DNA of 64,000 bases from Actinomycetospora sp. (GTDB lineage: Bacteria; Actinomycetota; Actinomycetes; Mycobacteriales; Pseudonocardiaceae), in NCBI RefSeq assembly GCF_036497245.1, contig NZ_DASXJS010000170.1:3799-67798 (forward strand), given 5' to 3'. The position numbers and the translations under genes are program-made. Positions 1-9,429 of this stretch are shown here, in pieces. Within the stretch, counting starts at the first letter, position 1, and every line of letters begins with the position of its first letter. The notes beneath the pieces are model-generated. The model did not search any database, was not told the origin of the DNA, and worked only from the letters and a program-made list of their open reading frames with translations.

Positions 1-2
1 TG

Positions 3-932
3 ATGGAGAACGGGACCGAGCGGTGGGAGGGAGCGGTCACGCCCTACGTCGTCGGGGAACCTGGCCATGCCGCGACGGCCGTCCTCGAGCGCCCTGCTCG
101 CGCAGCACCGGACAGCCACGGCATCGTGCTCGACGGCGCGGCCGTGCGTCCCGACGACGGTGCTGCCTGGACGCACGTGCGCGGCGCGAGCATCCGGGGG
201 CTGCGGCACCGTCACGACGGGACCGTGCGCCAGGACGAGTACTGCTTCCGGCAGACCGTCGACGACCGCTACCTGATCGTCGCGGTCGCCGACGGGGTGT
301 CCGCCGGTTCCCTGTCCCACGAGGCCGCGACGGTCGCGGCACGCTTCGGGTGCGAGGTCGTCGGGGACTGGCTCGCCTCGCGGGGCCCGGACGAGATTCC
401 CTGGGAGCACCTACTCAAGACGCTCAGCGACCTCGTCGAGAAGCGGGGGCGCGCCGTGCTCGGCAAGCGCGGGGTCGACGTCGGGACGTGGACGGCGACC
501 GACCTGGCCGCGGAGCTCGCGACCACCCTGGTGCTCGCCGTCATCGACCTCCGCCCCGACGACGGGTCGTACCGCGTCCGGATGGTGCGGGTCGGCGACT
601 CGTCGGCGTGGGTGTGCCACGCGTCCGGGCGGTGGGAGTGCCTCCACGGCATCAAGAACGACGGCGCGGAGATCGCATCCTCCGACACCGCCGCGCTGCC
701 GATGGTCACCTCGTTCGAGAGCACGCCGCACCGGGTGGCTGCGGGGGACCTGCTCGTCCTGATGACCGACGGCGTCGGCGACCCGCTCGGCGACGGGGAC
801 AACGACCTGGGTCGCTTCCTCGCCGAGGTGTGGGCCGCCCCGCCGTCGGTGCTGGCGTTCGGGGCCCAGGTCGACTTCGCCCGCAAGAGCTTCGACGACG
901 ACCGGACCGCGGTCGCGATCTGGCTGGGTTGA
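3..932 (+). CDS. Protein phosphatase 2C domain protein (PP2C_2 type); may be 5'-truncated at window edge
   Basis: Motifs RGxxH...QD, AVADGVS, VGDS, LMTDG, DDRT are typical of PP2C phosphatases. Confidence 0.85.
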   Translation: MENGTERWEGAVTPYVVGEPGHAATAVLERPARAAPDSHGIVLDGAAVRPDDGAAWTHVRGASIRGLRHRHDGTVRQDEYCFRQTVDDRYLIVAVADGVSAGSLSHEAATVAARFGCEVVGDWLASRGPDEIPWEHLLKTLSDLVEKRGRAVLGKRGVDVGTWTATDLAAELATTLVLAVIDLRPDDGSYRVRMVRVGDSSAWVCHASGRWECLHGIKNDGAEIASSDTAALPMVTSFESTPHRVAAGDLLVLMTDGVGDPLGDGDNDLGRFLAEVWAAPPSVLAFGAQVDFARKSFDDDRTAVAIWLG

Positions 933-1017
933 GGCCGCCGGCCATGGGCAGCCACCTCAGCATCGGCTCCCGAGATGGATCCCCGACGCCCGGGACGACC
1001 TCGGCCGTCGAACCTGT

Positions 1018-1440
1018 TCAGGCCCCGCTGTCGCGTACGGCGGCGAGGAAGGCGCGGAGGTCGTCGGGAACGTCGAGTGCGATCGCGTGGACGCGTGCGA
1101 GGTCGAGACTCGCGTAGGCGTGGACGAGGAGGTTCCGGAACGCGGCGGCCCGCGCGAGCCGGTCGGCGAGACCGGAATCGATGATCTCGGCGCCCGCGAG
1201 GAGCCGGAAGGCGTCGCCGTAGGTCGGCGGACTGCCGAGACCGAGACGCACGCAGCTCGAGGCGGCGAGGTCGATGACGATCTGGATCGCTTGCCAGAGA
1301 TGCAGCACGACCGTATCGGTGGCCGAGGACATCGGCCGGAGGTCGGCGGGATCGTCGGGGAGGTGCCCGGCGACCCTGTCGAGGTGGGCGAGCGCACTCG
1401 CGCTGCGCTCGGCGAGCAGCTCGCGGTCGAGGTTGCTCAT
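1018..1440 (-). CDS. hepT: HEPN/DUF86 RNase toxin (HepT family, type VII TA)
   Basis: RNLLVHAY = Rx4HxY motif; 140 aa; overlaps upstream MNT gene by 4 bp. Confidence 0.88.
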   Translation of the reverse strand: MSNLDRELLAERSASALAHLDRVAGHLPDDPADLRPMSSATDTVVLHLWQAIQIVIDLAASSCVRLGLGSPPTYGDAFRLLAGAEIIDSGLADRLARAAAFRNLLVHAYASLDLARVHAIALDVPDDLRAFLAAVRDSGA

Positions 1441-1817
1441 CCCAGGGAGGCCAGCACGTCGTCCTGGGCGGCACGGATGACCGGGCCGACGTCGCACCAG
1501 AAGCGGACGGCCTCGAGTCGGAACTGCAGGAACGCCTCGGAGGACCGTTCGACGAGGGCGATGCCGTCGCGTGCGGCGCGGAATCGCAGCAGGGCACTGG
1601 CCCGGGCGAGGTCGACGACGTCGACGGCGTCCGTCTCGAGCAGTCGCGCCGCCGCGGCGATGAGCGCTGCGGGGTCGGCCTCCCCGAGGTAGCCGAGGTC
1701 CCAGTCCGAAGTGGGTCCGGCGTCGCCACGGGCGCGGGAGCCGTGGAGCACGACGAGCTCGAGCCCGGCGGCGGCCGGGTGCTCGGTGAGCGCGGCCGCG
1801 AGGTCGCGGTGGTCCAC
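1437..1817 (-). CDS. mntA: Minimal nucleotidyltransferase antitoxin (MntA family)
   Basis: HGSRARGDAGPTSDWD = GSx10DxD; VDVVDL; GTG start at 1817 inferred; coupled to HEPN gene. Confidence 0.88.
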   Translation of the reverse strand: MDHRDLAAALTEHPAAAGLELVVLHGSRARGDAGPTSDWDLGYLGEADPAALIAAAARLLETDAVDVVDLARASALLRFRAARDGIALVERSSEAFLQFRLEAVRFWCDVGPVIRAAQDDVLASLG

Positions 1818-1998
1818 GAGCGGACGGTACCCAAACCCGGACCCCGCGGCGACGACGTCGGCGTGTCCCTCACCCCACGAGGTCGAGGAACACCCGCCGC
1901 GTTCCCGAGGGCGAATCACGGTTCGCCGGCCGGACCAGCCTCGTCGTAGGCGCCGAGGGGGGATGCGTCGCTCCGGTGCGAGTGGTTCTGTGACCAGG

Positions 1999-3879
1999 GT
2001 GAGCGAGTCCGCGGCCCCCGTCACCGACGTGCTGGTGCCGACGTCGTTGCGGACGTGGCTGGGCGCGGTGACCGAGCTGGCGCGCGCGGTGAAGCTCGCC
2101 GAGCCGCTCGAGGTGCTCTTGGGTCGGGTGGCCGAGCAGGCGTGCACGTTGATCGGGTTCGACTTCGGCGCGGTGATGCTCACCGATCCGACGGGCGAGC
2201 GGTTGCTGGTGCGGGGGTCCCACGGCCTCTCGGAGGCCTACGTGGAGCGCCTGAACACCGATGTCGCGCTGCGGCTGCACACCCCGGACCCCGGCGTCGA
2301 CGCGCCGGCGGCGCGCGCGGTGCGCGAGGGGATCACGGTGACGGCCGCCGACATCGCGGGCCTGCCCGACTTCGACCGCCTCCGTCGGTTGGCCGAGCAC
2401 GAGGGCTACCGGGCGTTGCTCGCGGCACCGCTGCGGTCCGGGGGCGAACCCATCGGTGTGCTGGTCGCCTACTCGGCGCGGGCCCGCGTCTTCACCGCCT
2501 CCGAGGTCGAGCTGGCCGAGCTCCTCGCCGAGCACGCCGCGGTGGCCGTCGAGACCGCCGCCCTGCGGGAGAGCGAGCAGCACGCCATCGCCGAGCTCAC
2601 GCGGGCCAACGAGGCGCTGCGCGCGCACCAGGACATCCTGGACCGGGCCGGGGAGCAGCACCGGCGACTCATGGAGCTCGCGCTCGACGACGTCGGTCTG
2701 CCGCGGCTGGTCTCCTGGCTCGCCTCCACCCTCGAGGCCTCGGTGACCGTCGAGAGCATGGACGGGACGGTGCTCGCCCACGCCCCCGACACCGGGTACG
2801 TGGCGCCGCCCGGTCACGAGGCGCCCCGGGCACGGACGGGGCCGTGGTCGACCCGGGAGCGCTACGAGCTCGTCGAGCTCCGTCCCTGGCCCGCCGACGA
2901 TCCGGGCGCCGCGGCGTGGGAGACGCCCATCGTCCTGGCCGGCGAGGTGGCGGGACGGCTCTGGCTCTCGGGCTCGTGGTCCGCGCCTGCCCCGGTGGAC
3001 CGCCGCACCGTCGAGCGGTTCGCCCTCGTGGTCGCCTTCGAACTGCTCAAGCAGCGCCACGGCGTCGAGGTCGAGGCGCGGCTGTCGCAGGACGTCCTCA
3101 CCGACCTCCTCCGCGACGTCGGCACCGAGATCCCCCGCGCGCTCGTCGAGCGGGCCGCCGCCCTCGGCAGCGACCTGACCGCGCCGCACACCGTCGTCGT
3201 CCTCGACGTCGACGTCCCGGAACCGGAACACGGGGACGGGGACGGGGACGACCTGCGGTCGTGGGTCGCGCGGCTGGCCGAGGCCCAGGTGGCGGGCCAT
3301 CGCGAGCGCGCCGGGCGCATCCTCGTGGGCCTGCACGACGGCGCCCTCGTCCTGCTGCTGCCGGCCGAACGCAACGGCCCGGAGCAGATCCGGCGAGTGG
3401 TGCGGCGCCTCGAGCAGGCCACCCGGCCCCACCCCATCTCGGCCGTCATCGGCGGGACGGGCACGTCGCCCGCCGAGCACGCGGCGTCGAGTCGGGCCGC
3501 CCGCACCGCCCTGGAGCTCGTGCGGGGTTCCGGGGGTGGGCGGGTGCTCGACCTCTCCGACCTCGGCGTCCACGCCCTGCTGCTCGAGGCCGGCGTCGCG
3601 CCCGGCCTGGCCGGGTTCGCCCGGCGCCTGCTCGACCCCCTCGAGGCGCACGACGCGCGCCACGGGGCCGAGCTGGTCGCGACGCTGCGCGCCTGGCTCC
3701 GGGAGGACTGCTCGACGACGGCGACCGCGCGCGCCCTCGTGGTGCACCGCAACACGGTGGCCTACCGGTTGCGGCGGATCGAGGACCTCCTCGGGCACCC
3801 CCTGCGCAGCCCGTCGGTCCTGCTGCAGCTCCAGCTCGCCGCCGTCGTCCGGGACGTCGAGGAGACCGGCCGCGCCTGA
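1999..3879 (+). CDS. GAF-domain PucR/CdaR-family transcriptional regulator
   Basis: N-terminal GAF (ALLAAPL...IGVL...F...E..L), C-terminal HTH TARALVVHRNTVAYRLRRIE; start uncertain (1990/1999). Confidence 0.88.
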   Translation: MSESAAPVTDVLVPTSLRTWLGAVTELARAVKLAEPLEVLLGRVAEQACTLIGFDFGAVMLTDPTGERLLVRGSHGLSEAYVERLNTDVALRLHTPDPGVDAPAARAVREGITVTAADIAGLPDFDRLRRLAEHEGYRALLAAPLRSGGEPIGVLVAYSARARVFTASEVELAELLAEHAAVAVETAALRESEQHAIAELTRANEALRAHQDILDRAGEQHRRLMELALDDVGLPRLVSWLASTLEASVTVESMDGTVLAHAPDTGYVAPPGHEAPRARTGPWSTRERYELVELRPWPADDPGAAAWETPIVLAGEVAGRLWLSGSWSAPAPVDRRTVERFALVVAFELLKQRHGVEVEARLSQDVLTDLLRDVGTEIPRALVERAAALGSDLTAPHTVVVLDVDVPEPEHGDGDGDDLRSWVARLAEAQVAGHRERAGRILVGLHDGALVLLLPAERNGPEQIRRVVRRLEQATRPHPISAVIGGTGTSPAEHAASSRAARTALELVRGSGGGRVLDLSDLGVHALLLEAGVAPGLAGFARRLLDPLEAHDARHGAELVATLRAWLREDCSTTATARALVVHRNTVAYRLRRIEDLLGHPLRSPSVLLQLQLAAVVRDVEETGRA

Positions 3880-3881
3880 CC

Positions 3882-3928
3882 TTGGTCGGGTGCACAGGTC
3901 TCGGGGTCGACGTTGTGCGCGCACACAT
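3882..3928 (+). promoter_or_regulatory. Possible PucR/CdaR binding region upstream of SDR operon
   Basis: Two related elements TTGGTCGGGTGCACA and TTGTGCGCGCACACA lie between regulator and operon. Confidence 0.3.
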
Positions 3929-3993
3929 AGGCGCCGCGGTAGGGCCGGCGCACGATGGTGTGGGTCACATCGACGTGCAGGGGAGGTGGCGGC

Positions 3994-4785
3994 GTGCCGG
4001 GACTCCTCGAGGGGCAGGTCGTCGTCGTCACCGGCGCGAGCCGCGGCATCGGGCGGGCGATCGCGATCGGGATGTCCACGGAGGGCGCCCGTCTCGCTCT
4101 CACCGCCCGTGACGAGCAGACTCTCGCCTCCACCCTCGGCGAGATCGCTCGGCTCGTTCCCGACGCCGAGGTCCTCACCGCCGCGTGCGACGTCGCCGAC
4201 GAGTCCTCGGTGGCGCGGATGGGCGCGGCGGTGCTGGGCCGCTTCGGCCGCGTCGACACCGTCGTCGCGAACGCGGGCGTCGCCGGGCCCACCCGGTCGT
4301 TGCAGGAGATCAGCCTCGTCGAGTGGCGGGACTGCCTCGCGACCGATCTCGACGGCGTCTTCCTGACCTTCCGGCGCTTCGTCCCGGCACTCGTCGAGCA
4401 ACGCTCCGGGAGCCTCATCGCGATCTCGTCGATGACGGGTAAGCGCCCCCTGCCGGGGCGCACCCCGTACGCGGCGGCGAAGACCGGTGTGATCGGGCTG
4501 GTGCGCAGCCTCGCCGTCGAGCTCGGTCCGGCCGGGGTGCGGGTCAACGCGGTGTGCCCGGGCGCGGTCGACGGGCCCCGCATCGACTCGGTGATCCGCG
4601 AACAGGCGCGTCAGCGGGGCATCGGCGAGGACGAGGCCCGCGCCGCCTTCACCGACCCGTCGCCGCTGGGACGGCTCGTGACGGCCGAGGAGATCGCCGA
4701 CACCTGCGTGTTCCTCGCCGGCCCCGGCTCGTCGTCGATCACCGGTGAGGACCTGAACGCCAGCGCCGGCGTCGTCATGTACTGA
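3994..4785 (+). CDS. SDR-family NAD(P)-dependent oxidoreductase
   Basis: TGASRGIG, NAG, S...YAAAK, VRVNAVCPG; RBS GGAGGT before GTG 3994. Confidence 0.93.
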   Translation: MPGLLEGQVVVVTGASRGIGRAIAIGMSTEGARLALTARDEQTLASTLGEIARLVPDAEVLTAACDVADESSVARMGAAVLGRFGRVDTVVANAGVAGPTRSLQEISLVEWRDCLATDLDGVFLTFRRFVPALVEQRSGSLIAISSMTGKRPLPGRTPYAAAKTGVIGLVRSLAVELGPAGVRVNAVCPGAVDGPRIDSVIREQARQRGIGEDEARAAFTDPSPLGRLVTAEEIADTCVFLAGPGSSSITGEDLNASAGVVMY

Positions 4786-4804
4786 ACGAGAGGAGCACCG
4801 CGCC

Positions 4805-5494
4805 ATGCGGATGATCGATCTGACGCAGGACATCTACCAGGGGATGAAGGTCTACCCGGGCCACCTCAAGACCGTCGTGTTCGAGCACGCCACCCACGAG
4901 GAGACCTCCCAGCGGTTCGAGGGCGGCTTCTCGTTCCAGACCACCGGCTTCCTGCTCAACGACAACGGGCCCACCCACGTCGACTCGTTCTCCCACCTCG
5001 ACCCGGATCCGTCGGCCCAGACGATCGACCAGATGTCGTTGGACCTGTTCTACGGAGACGCCGTCTGCCTCGACGTCTCGGCCGTGCCCGCGCACACCGA
5101 CATCACCGACGAGCACCTCGACGAGATCGAGAAGGCGTCGTCGGTCGACGTCCGGCCCGGCGACATCGTGCTGTTCCACACCGCGACGTGGAATCGCTAC
5201 AACGGGCAGAAGAGCTACCTCACCGAGTTCCCCGGCTTCGGGGAGTCGGGCAGCGAATGGATCCAGGCCAAGGGCATCAAGACCTTCGGGGTCGACAGCC
5301 CGACGCCGGACAACCCGATCAGCAAGACCTATCCGTGCCACATGATGTGCCGCCGCACGCACATCACGCACTACGAGAACCTCGCCAACCTCGACCAGGT
5401 CGTCGACACGCGGTTCACGTTCGTCGGCTTCCCGCTCAAGCTGCAGGGGTCGCACGGCGGGCCGACCCGTGCCGTGGCGCTCGTCGAGAACTGA
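4805..5494 (+). CDS. Cyclase family metal-dependent hydrolase (kynurenine formamidase-like)
   Basis: IDLTQ start, THVDSFSH, GVDSPTPD, YENL, GFPLKL..GGPTRAVA. Confidence 0.88.
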   Translation: MRMIDLTQDIYQGMKVYPGHLKTVVFEHATHEETSQRFEGGFSFQTTGFLLNDNGPTHVDSFSHLDPDPSAQTIDQMSLDLFYGDAVCLDVSAVPAHTDITDEHLDEIEKASSVDVRPGDIVLFHTATWNRYNGQKSYLTEFPGFGESGSEWIQAKGIKTFGVDSPTPDNPISKTYPCHMMCRRTHITHYENLANLDQVVDTRFTFVGFPLKLQGSHGGPTRAVALVEN

Positions 5495-5544
5495 TCCCCA
5501 GAAACCCCCACGTCCCAAATCCCCCACCGTCGAGGAGTGGACCC

Positions 5545-6669
5545 GTGAAGAAGGTCGTCGACACGATCCTGCCCACCACGATGATCGGCTCGTACCCGAA
5601 GCCGCGCTGGTACTCCCGCTACAACCTGGCGGGCGCCGACCTTCTGGAGTGGTGGAAGCTCGAGGAGAACTGGCACGCGTGGTGGGACGCCACGACGGCG
5701 TGCGTCAAGGACCAGGAACTGGCCGATCTCGACATCGTCACCGACGGCCAGATGCACTTCGACGACTACGGCGGCGGCATCGGCTCGTTCGTCTGGTACT
5801 GGTACGAGCGCCTCGGCGGATTCACCAAGGCGAAGCTGCCGAACCCGTTGGCCCGGGCGATCGAGGCCAGCGAGGGCGGGGACCTGAGCCAGGCCGCGTG
5901 GATGCACAACTGGGGCGGCACGGCCGTCACGGCGCCGGTCAGCCGCGGGATCCCGGGACGCCTCGGGGAGATGCACAGCGCGGCACGCCTGCTGGCCGAC
6001 CGGCCGATGAAGGTCTCCGTCGGCGCCGGTCCGCCGAACCTGACCTACCACGTGGACTACGGCCACCCGCATTCCGCGTACTCCGATCCCCGACGGCTCG
6101 CCGAGGATCTCGTGCCGATCTTCAACGAGGATCTGAAGGACCTCGTCGCCCACGGCGCGACGTTCATCCAGATCGAGGACCTGGGCGCCTGGAAACTGGC
6201 TCTCGACGACGACAGCGACTGGGTCATCGACGTCATGAACGCCTGGATCGACGGCGTCGACGCGAAGATCGCGTGGCACTGCTGCCTGGGCACGGGCTAC
6301 GGCAACACCTTCCGGGCCGTCGAGGACGCGTTGCCGCGGGTGCTCGAGCGGTGGATGGACGTCAACGTCGAGCAGTTCGCCCTCGACTTCGCGCTGCGCG
6401 ACATGGCGGACGTCAAGGCGCTGGAGATGGTGGCGCCGGACCGCGAGGTGCAGGTCGGGGTCATCGACGTCCGCAGCCTCTACATCGAGTCCGATCAGGA
6501 GATCGTCGACCGCATCCACAAGGTCCTCGAGCACATCGAGCCCGAGCGCGTCTACCTCTCGACCGACTGCGGGCTCAAGGCGCTGCCCCGGTTCTGCGCC
6601 TACGAGAAGCTCCGCGCGCTCTCGCGGGCGGCGAAGACGGTGCGCGCCGAACTCGGCGTGAGCGGCTGA
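5545..6669 (+). CDS. Cobalamin-independent methionine synthase catalytic-domain family protein, epoxyalkane:CoM transferase (XecA)-like
   Basis: PTTMIGSYPKP, DQ..A.LDIVTDG, Zn ligands HxC (WHCC) and TDCG, GVIDV; RBS GAGGAG before GTG 5545. Confidence 0.82.
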   Translation: MKKVVDTILPTTMIGSYPKPRWYSRYNLAGADLLEWWKLEENWHAWWDATTACVKDQELADLDIVTDGQMHFDDYGGGIGSFVWYWYERLGGFTKAKLPNPLARAIEASEGGDLSQAAWMHNWGGTAVTAPVSRGIPGRLGEMHSAARLLADRPMKVSVGAGPPNLTYHVDYGHPHSAYSDPRRLAEDLVPIFNEDLKDLVAHGATFIQIEDLGAWKLALDDDSDWVIDVMNAWIDGVDAKIAWHCCLGTGYGNTFRAVEDALPRVLERWMDVNVEQFALDFALRDMADVKALEMVAPDREVQVGVIDVRSLYIESDQEIVDRIHKVLEHIEPERVYLSTDCGLKALPRFCAYEKLRALSRAAKTVRAELGVSG

Positions 6670-6670
6670 C

Positions 6671-6868
6671 ATGGCGCTGCGAATGCGCGTCGAGAGGTCG
6701 GAGGAGCCCCGCCTGGACCTGGGGGTCTTCGGCGGGGCCGTCACGGTCCTCCTCGTCGGCCTGGTGGTCCTGGCGGTCGCCGTCGTGGCCCTGGCGGACG
6801 TGAACGTCTGGCCGCTGGCGCTGTTCGCTGTCGCCGCACTGGTCCTGTGGACCCGGTGGATCCTCTGA
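6671..6868 (+). CDS. Small two-helix membrane protein
   Basis: ATG 2 nt after upstream stop, two hydrophobic segments, GC3-rich codons. Confidence 0.6.
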   Translation: MALRMRVERSEEPRLDLGVFGGAVTVLLVGLVVLAVAVVALADVNVWPLALFAVAALVLWTRWIL

Positions 6869-6927
6869 GGCCGAGGTCGGTGGACCTCGAGGCGCCGGTG
6901 GTCGCGCGGCTCGGGGCTGAGCTCTGC

Positions 6928-9429
6928 TCAATGGCGGGACGACACGCCGATGGTGCGGGTCGCCACCGCTTCACCCGCCCGGGCGCGCCGGTGGACCTGC
7001 ACCGGAGCCCGTCCCGGAGGCGGCGAAGGGCGAACCGCCGCCCTCGCCGCTCGGTGGAATCGATCCGACCGCTCCACCATCGTCGAGCTCGGTTCGTCCT
7101 CCGGGTGGGGCTCTCGGTCGCCGAGGGCGGCGTCGATGAATCCCGCCAACGTCTCCCACATCGGGCTCGTATCGACCACGACGTTCTCGGTCGGGTGCTC
7201 GAGCTGAGTCACGATCCGAGCCAACTCGCCGTGCACGTCCGGCCAGATGCCGGGACAGAGCCTGCGGTCGATGAGGTGGTTGTAATAGCAGTCGGTGGTG
7301 GCGCGCGACGGTGCCACCTTGGACGCGGGCTCGTCCTGGAACCGGGGGAACGAACGTTCGAAGGTCTCAGCCACGGCGTCGTCGCTGGAGTCCCGGGAGA
7401 CCTCGATCAGAGCCAGCCGCGTTCTCCAGTCGCCGTAGTCCGCGCTGTAGTCGCGCATGGCCTGCGCGGCCCGTAACTCGGCGCGCTGGATCGTGGGCCC
7501 GTCGACGGCCTGGAGTCGCCGGACCGTCCGGGCGCGGAGTCGCGCGTAGTTCGCGGCCATGACGAGGACATGGGTGGAGAACAGATAGTGCAGCACGTTC
7601 TCCGGCCTCTCCTCCCGGCGATCCGTACCGGGGAAATGTCGCTCGAGGAAGTCGACGTAGTACGGCGATCCCCTGAGGACGGAGAGGCTCTGGTCCTCTG
7701 CGGCAAACCAGCGGCTGTACTGCCAGACCATGGCCCGCGGCGCCGACTCCACGGCGCGTTCCAGATAGCCCACCGCCGTCCGCTCCACCGCCGTCCGCTC
7801 CGCCCTCTCCGCGGGGTCGGGGTGTCGCTGCCGATCCTGGAGTCGGACGCCCAGGACGGCTGCGGCGTTGTAGTAGTCCTGGAAGGTGCGCCACCGCTCG
7901 GGGGCTCGCCCGAGCTGGTGCCGGACGACGTCCACGATCGTCCTGGGCGAGGCGTCCGACGGCCAGCGGAGGCGACGACGGCACTCGTCCAGGTTCGCGA
8001 CGGGGGGGAGGTTCACGTGATCCAGGTGCGCGAGCGTCCAGACCCGCAGGAGTCGCAGTGCCGCCTGAGACACCGGCATGCCGAGCCCCCGGCGGCCCCG
8101 CCACCAGGCGTAGTCCCGGACGAGGTCGGCTGCCTCACACCAGGCGATCAACGGGAACAGGGCCTTTTCCTCGATGGGCCCCACCTCCAGGCGCTGAAGG
8201 TACGTGTCGCTCCAGCGCTTCACGCGCTGCTTCAGACGGACCAGTTCCTCGCGTCGGATGGCGTTGTCGTCCGTAGCGAAGAACTCCGGCCTCCGGTCGA
8301 GCGCATTGTCCGTGTTGGCCAGCGCGCAGACGAATCGGTAACGGGCGATGAGGAGCGATTCGCGATTCCGTCGAGCCCCCGACCTCTGTGTCCGACGGTG
8401 TTTCCGAGGTAGGGGTGCGGCGCTGAAGGAGGTGAACTCGCGATCGAGGCGGCGGCGCAACCGGTGGTCCACCTCGGAGGATTCCGTCGCGATCACGTCT
8501 GCGTAGCCGGTCGCCGCCGAGAGGTAGAGCCCCAGCTTCTCCTGCACCTGACAGGCGAGGATGCGGATGGGAGCGTTGAGCGGGTCCAGATCGAGCGCCT
8601 GGAAGCAGAAGCTGAGCGCCTCCTCGTACCGTTGCTCGCGGAGGCACCCTTGAGCACGCTGGTAGAAGCCGAACAGCCGCGGGTTGATCCGGTGCCCCCG
8701 CCAGTGTGGCCAAGGTCCCTGGGTGCAGAGCGCCGTCCTGGCGAGCACGAAGGCTCCGACGATGTCGGCCGCCTGGCGTGCGGCGTTGCACCAGGTGTCG
8801 GCCCAGACCGTGCGCGTCTCCCCGGGCCCGCCGGGCAACGAGAGCACCGAGACGTCGAGCCCGCACGACGACCCGGCCGCGGCGGTGCGCGCCGTCACCG
8901 ACACGCGGTAACCGCAGTCGACCCAGAGCGCGCCGAGCACGCCCGCGATGATCGCGACCGGGCTCCTGGCCTCCTTCGTGGAGTCGGAGACGCTCTTGAG
9001 GAAGCTCTGGGGCGGCGCGCTCCCGGGAAGTGGCGTCGGTGCGGCGAGGCTGAGGCCTGCCAGGGTTTTGCGGAACGTGGCCGCGGCCGCCTCGAACGTG
9101 CGTTTCTCCTCGGTGCCGTCCACGAACGGTAGGACCTCGATCGCCCCTGGCTTCCGAACCGCTCGTGCGAAGAAGAAGCGCCGCGCGCAGCAGAGGAAGC
9201 CGACGATCAGGACGGCGACGACGACGAGGACGGTCTGTTCGGTCACGATGCCGCGGACCCACGTGTCCTGGAAGCGTCTGTCCGCGATTCCGGTGAGGGG
9301 GAGCCGTCCGACGTAGAGAAACCCCCCGACGGCCAGAATGCCGAGCGTCGCGGCGAGCCACGCCGACGGGTGTGGAAGGCCGACGCGCCCAGCGGCCTCG
9401 GACCCGACGTCCTCCTCTACCGATCGCAT
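6928..9429 (-). CDS. Large membrane-anchored protein with TPR-like helical region, unknown function
   Basis: ~830 aa open frame; two N-terminal TM segments; YEEALSFCFQALDLDP.N TPR-like motif; start uncertain. Confidence 0.65.
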   Translation of the reverse strand: MRSVEEDVGSEAAGRVGLPHPSAWLAATLGILAVGGFLYVGRLPLTGIADRRFQDTWVRGIVTEQTVLVVVAVLIVGFLCCARRFFFARAVRKPGAIEVLPFVDGTEEKRTFEAAAATFRKTLAGLSLAAPTPLPGSAPPQSFLKSVSDSTKEARSPVAIIAGVLGALWVDCGYRVSVTARTAAAGSSCGLDVSVLSLPGGPGETRTVWADTWCNAARQAADIVGAFVLARTALCTQGPWPHWRGHRINPRLFGFYQRAQGCLREQRYEEALSFCFQALDLDPLNAPIRILACQVQEKLGLYLSAATGYADVIATESSEVDHRLRRRLDREFTSFSAAPLPRKHRRTQRSGARRNRESLLIARYRFVCALANTDNALDRRPEFFATDDNAIRREELVRLKQRVKRWSDTYLQRLEVGPIEEKALFPLIAWCEAADLVRDYAWWRGRRGLGMPVSQAALRLLRVWTLAHLDHVNLPPVANLDECRRRLRWPSDASPRTIVDVVRHQLGRAPERWRTFQDYYNAAAVLGVRLQDRQRHPDPAERAERTAVERTAVGYLERAVESAPRAMVWQYSRWFAAEDQSLSVLRGSPYYVDFLERHFPGTDRREERPENVLHYLFSTHVLVMAANYARLRARTVRRLQAVDGPTIQRAELRAAQAMRDYSADYGDWRTRLALIEVSRDSSDDAVAETFERSFPRFQDEPASKVAPSRATTDCYYNHLIDRRLCPGIWPDVHGELARIVTQLEHPTENVVVDTSPMWETLAGFIDAALGDREPHPEDEPSSTMVERSDRFHRAARAAVRPSPPPGRAPVQVHRRARAGEAVATRTIGVSSRH
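7771..7804. repeat. 15-bp tandem duplication (ERTAV x2) inside TPR gene
   Basis: caccgccgtccgctc repeated twice. Confidence 0.7.

Noticed and set aside
5545-6669. Calling it metE
   Set aside because: Only one barrel, altered QIDEP motif and catabolic context
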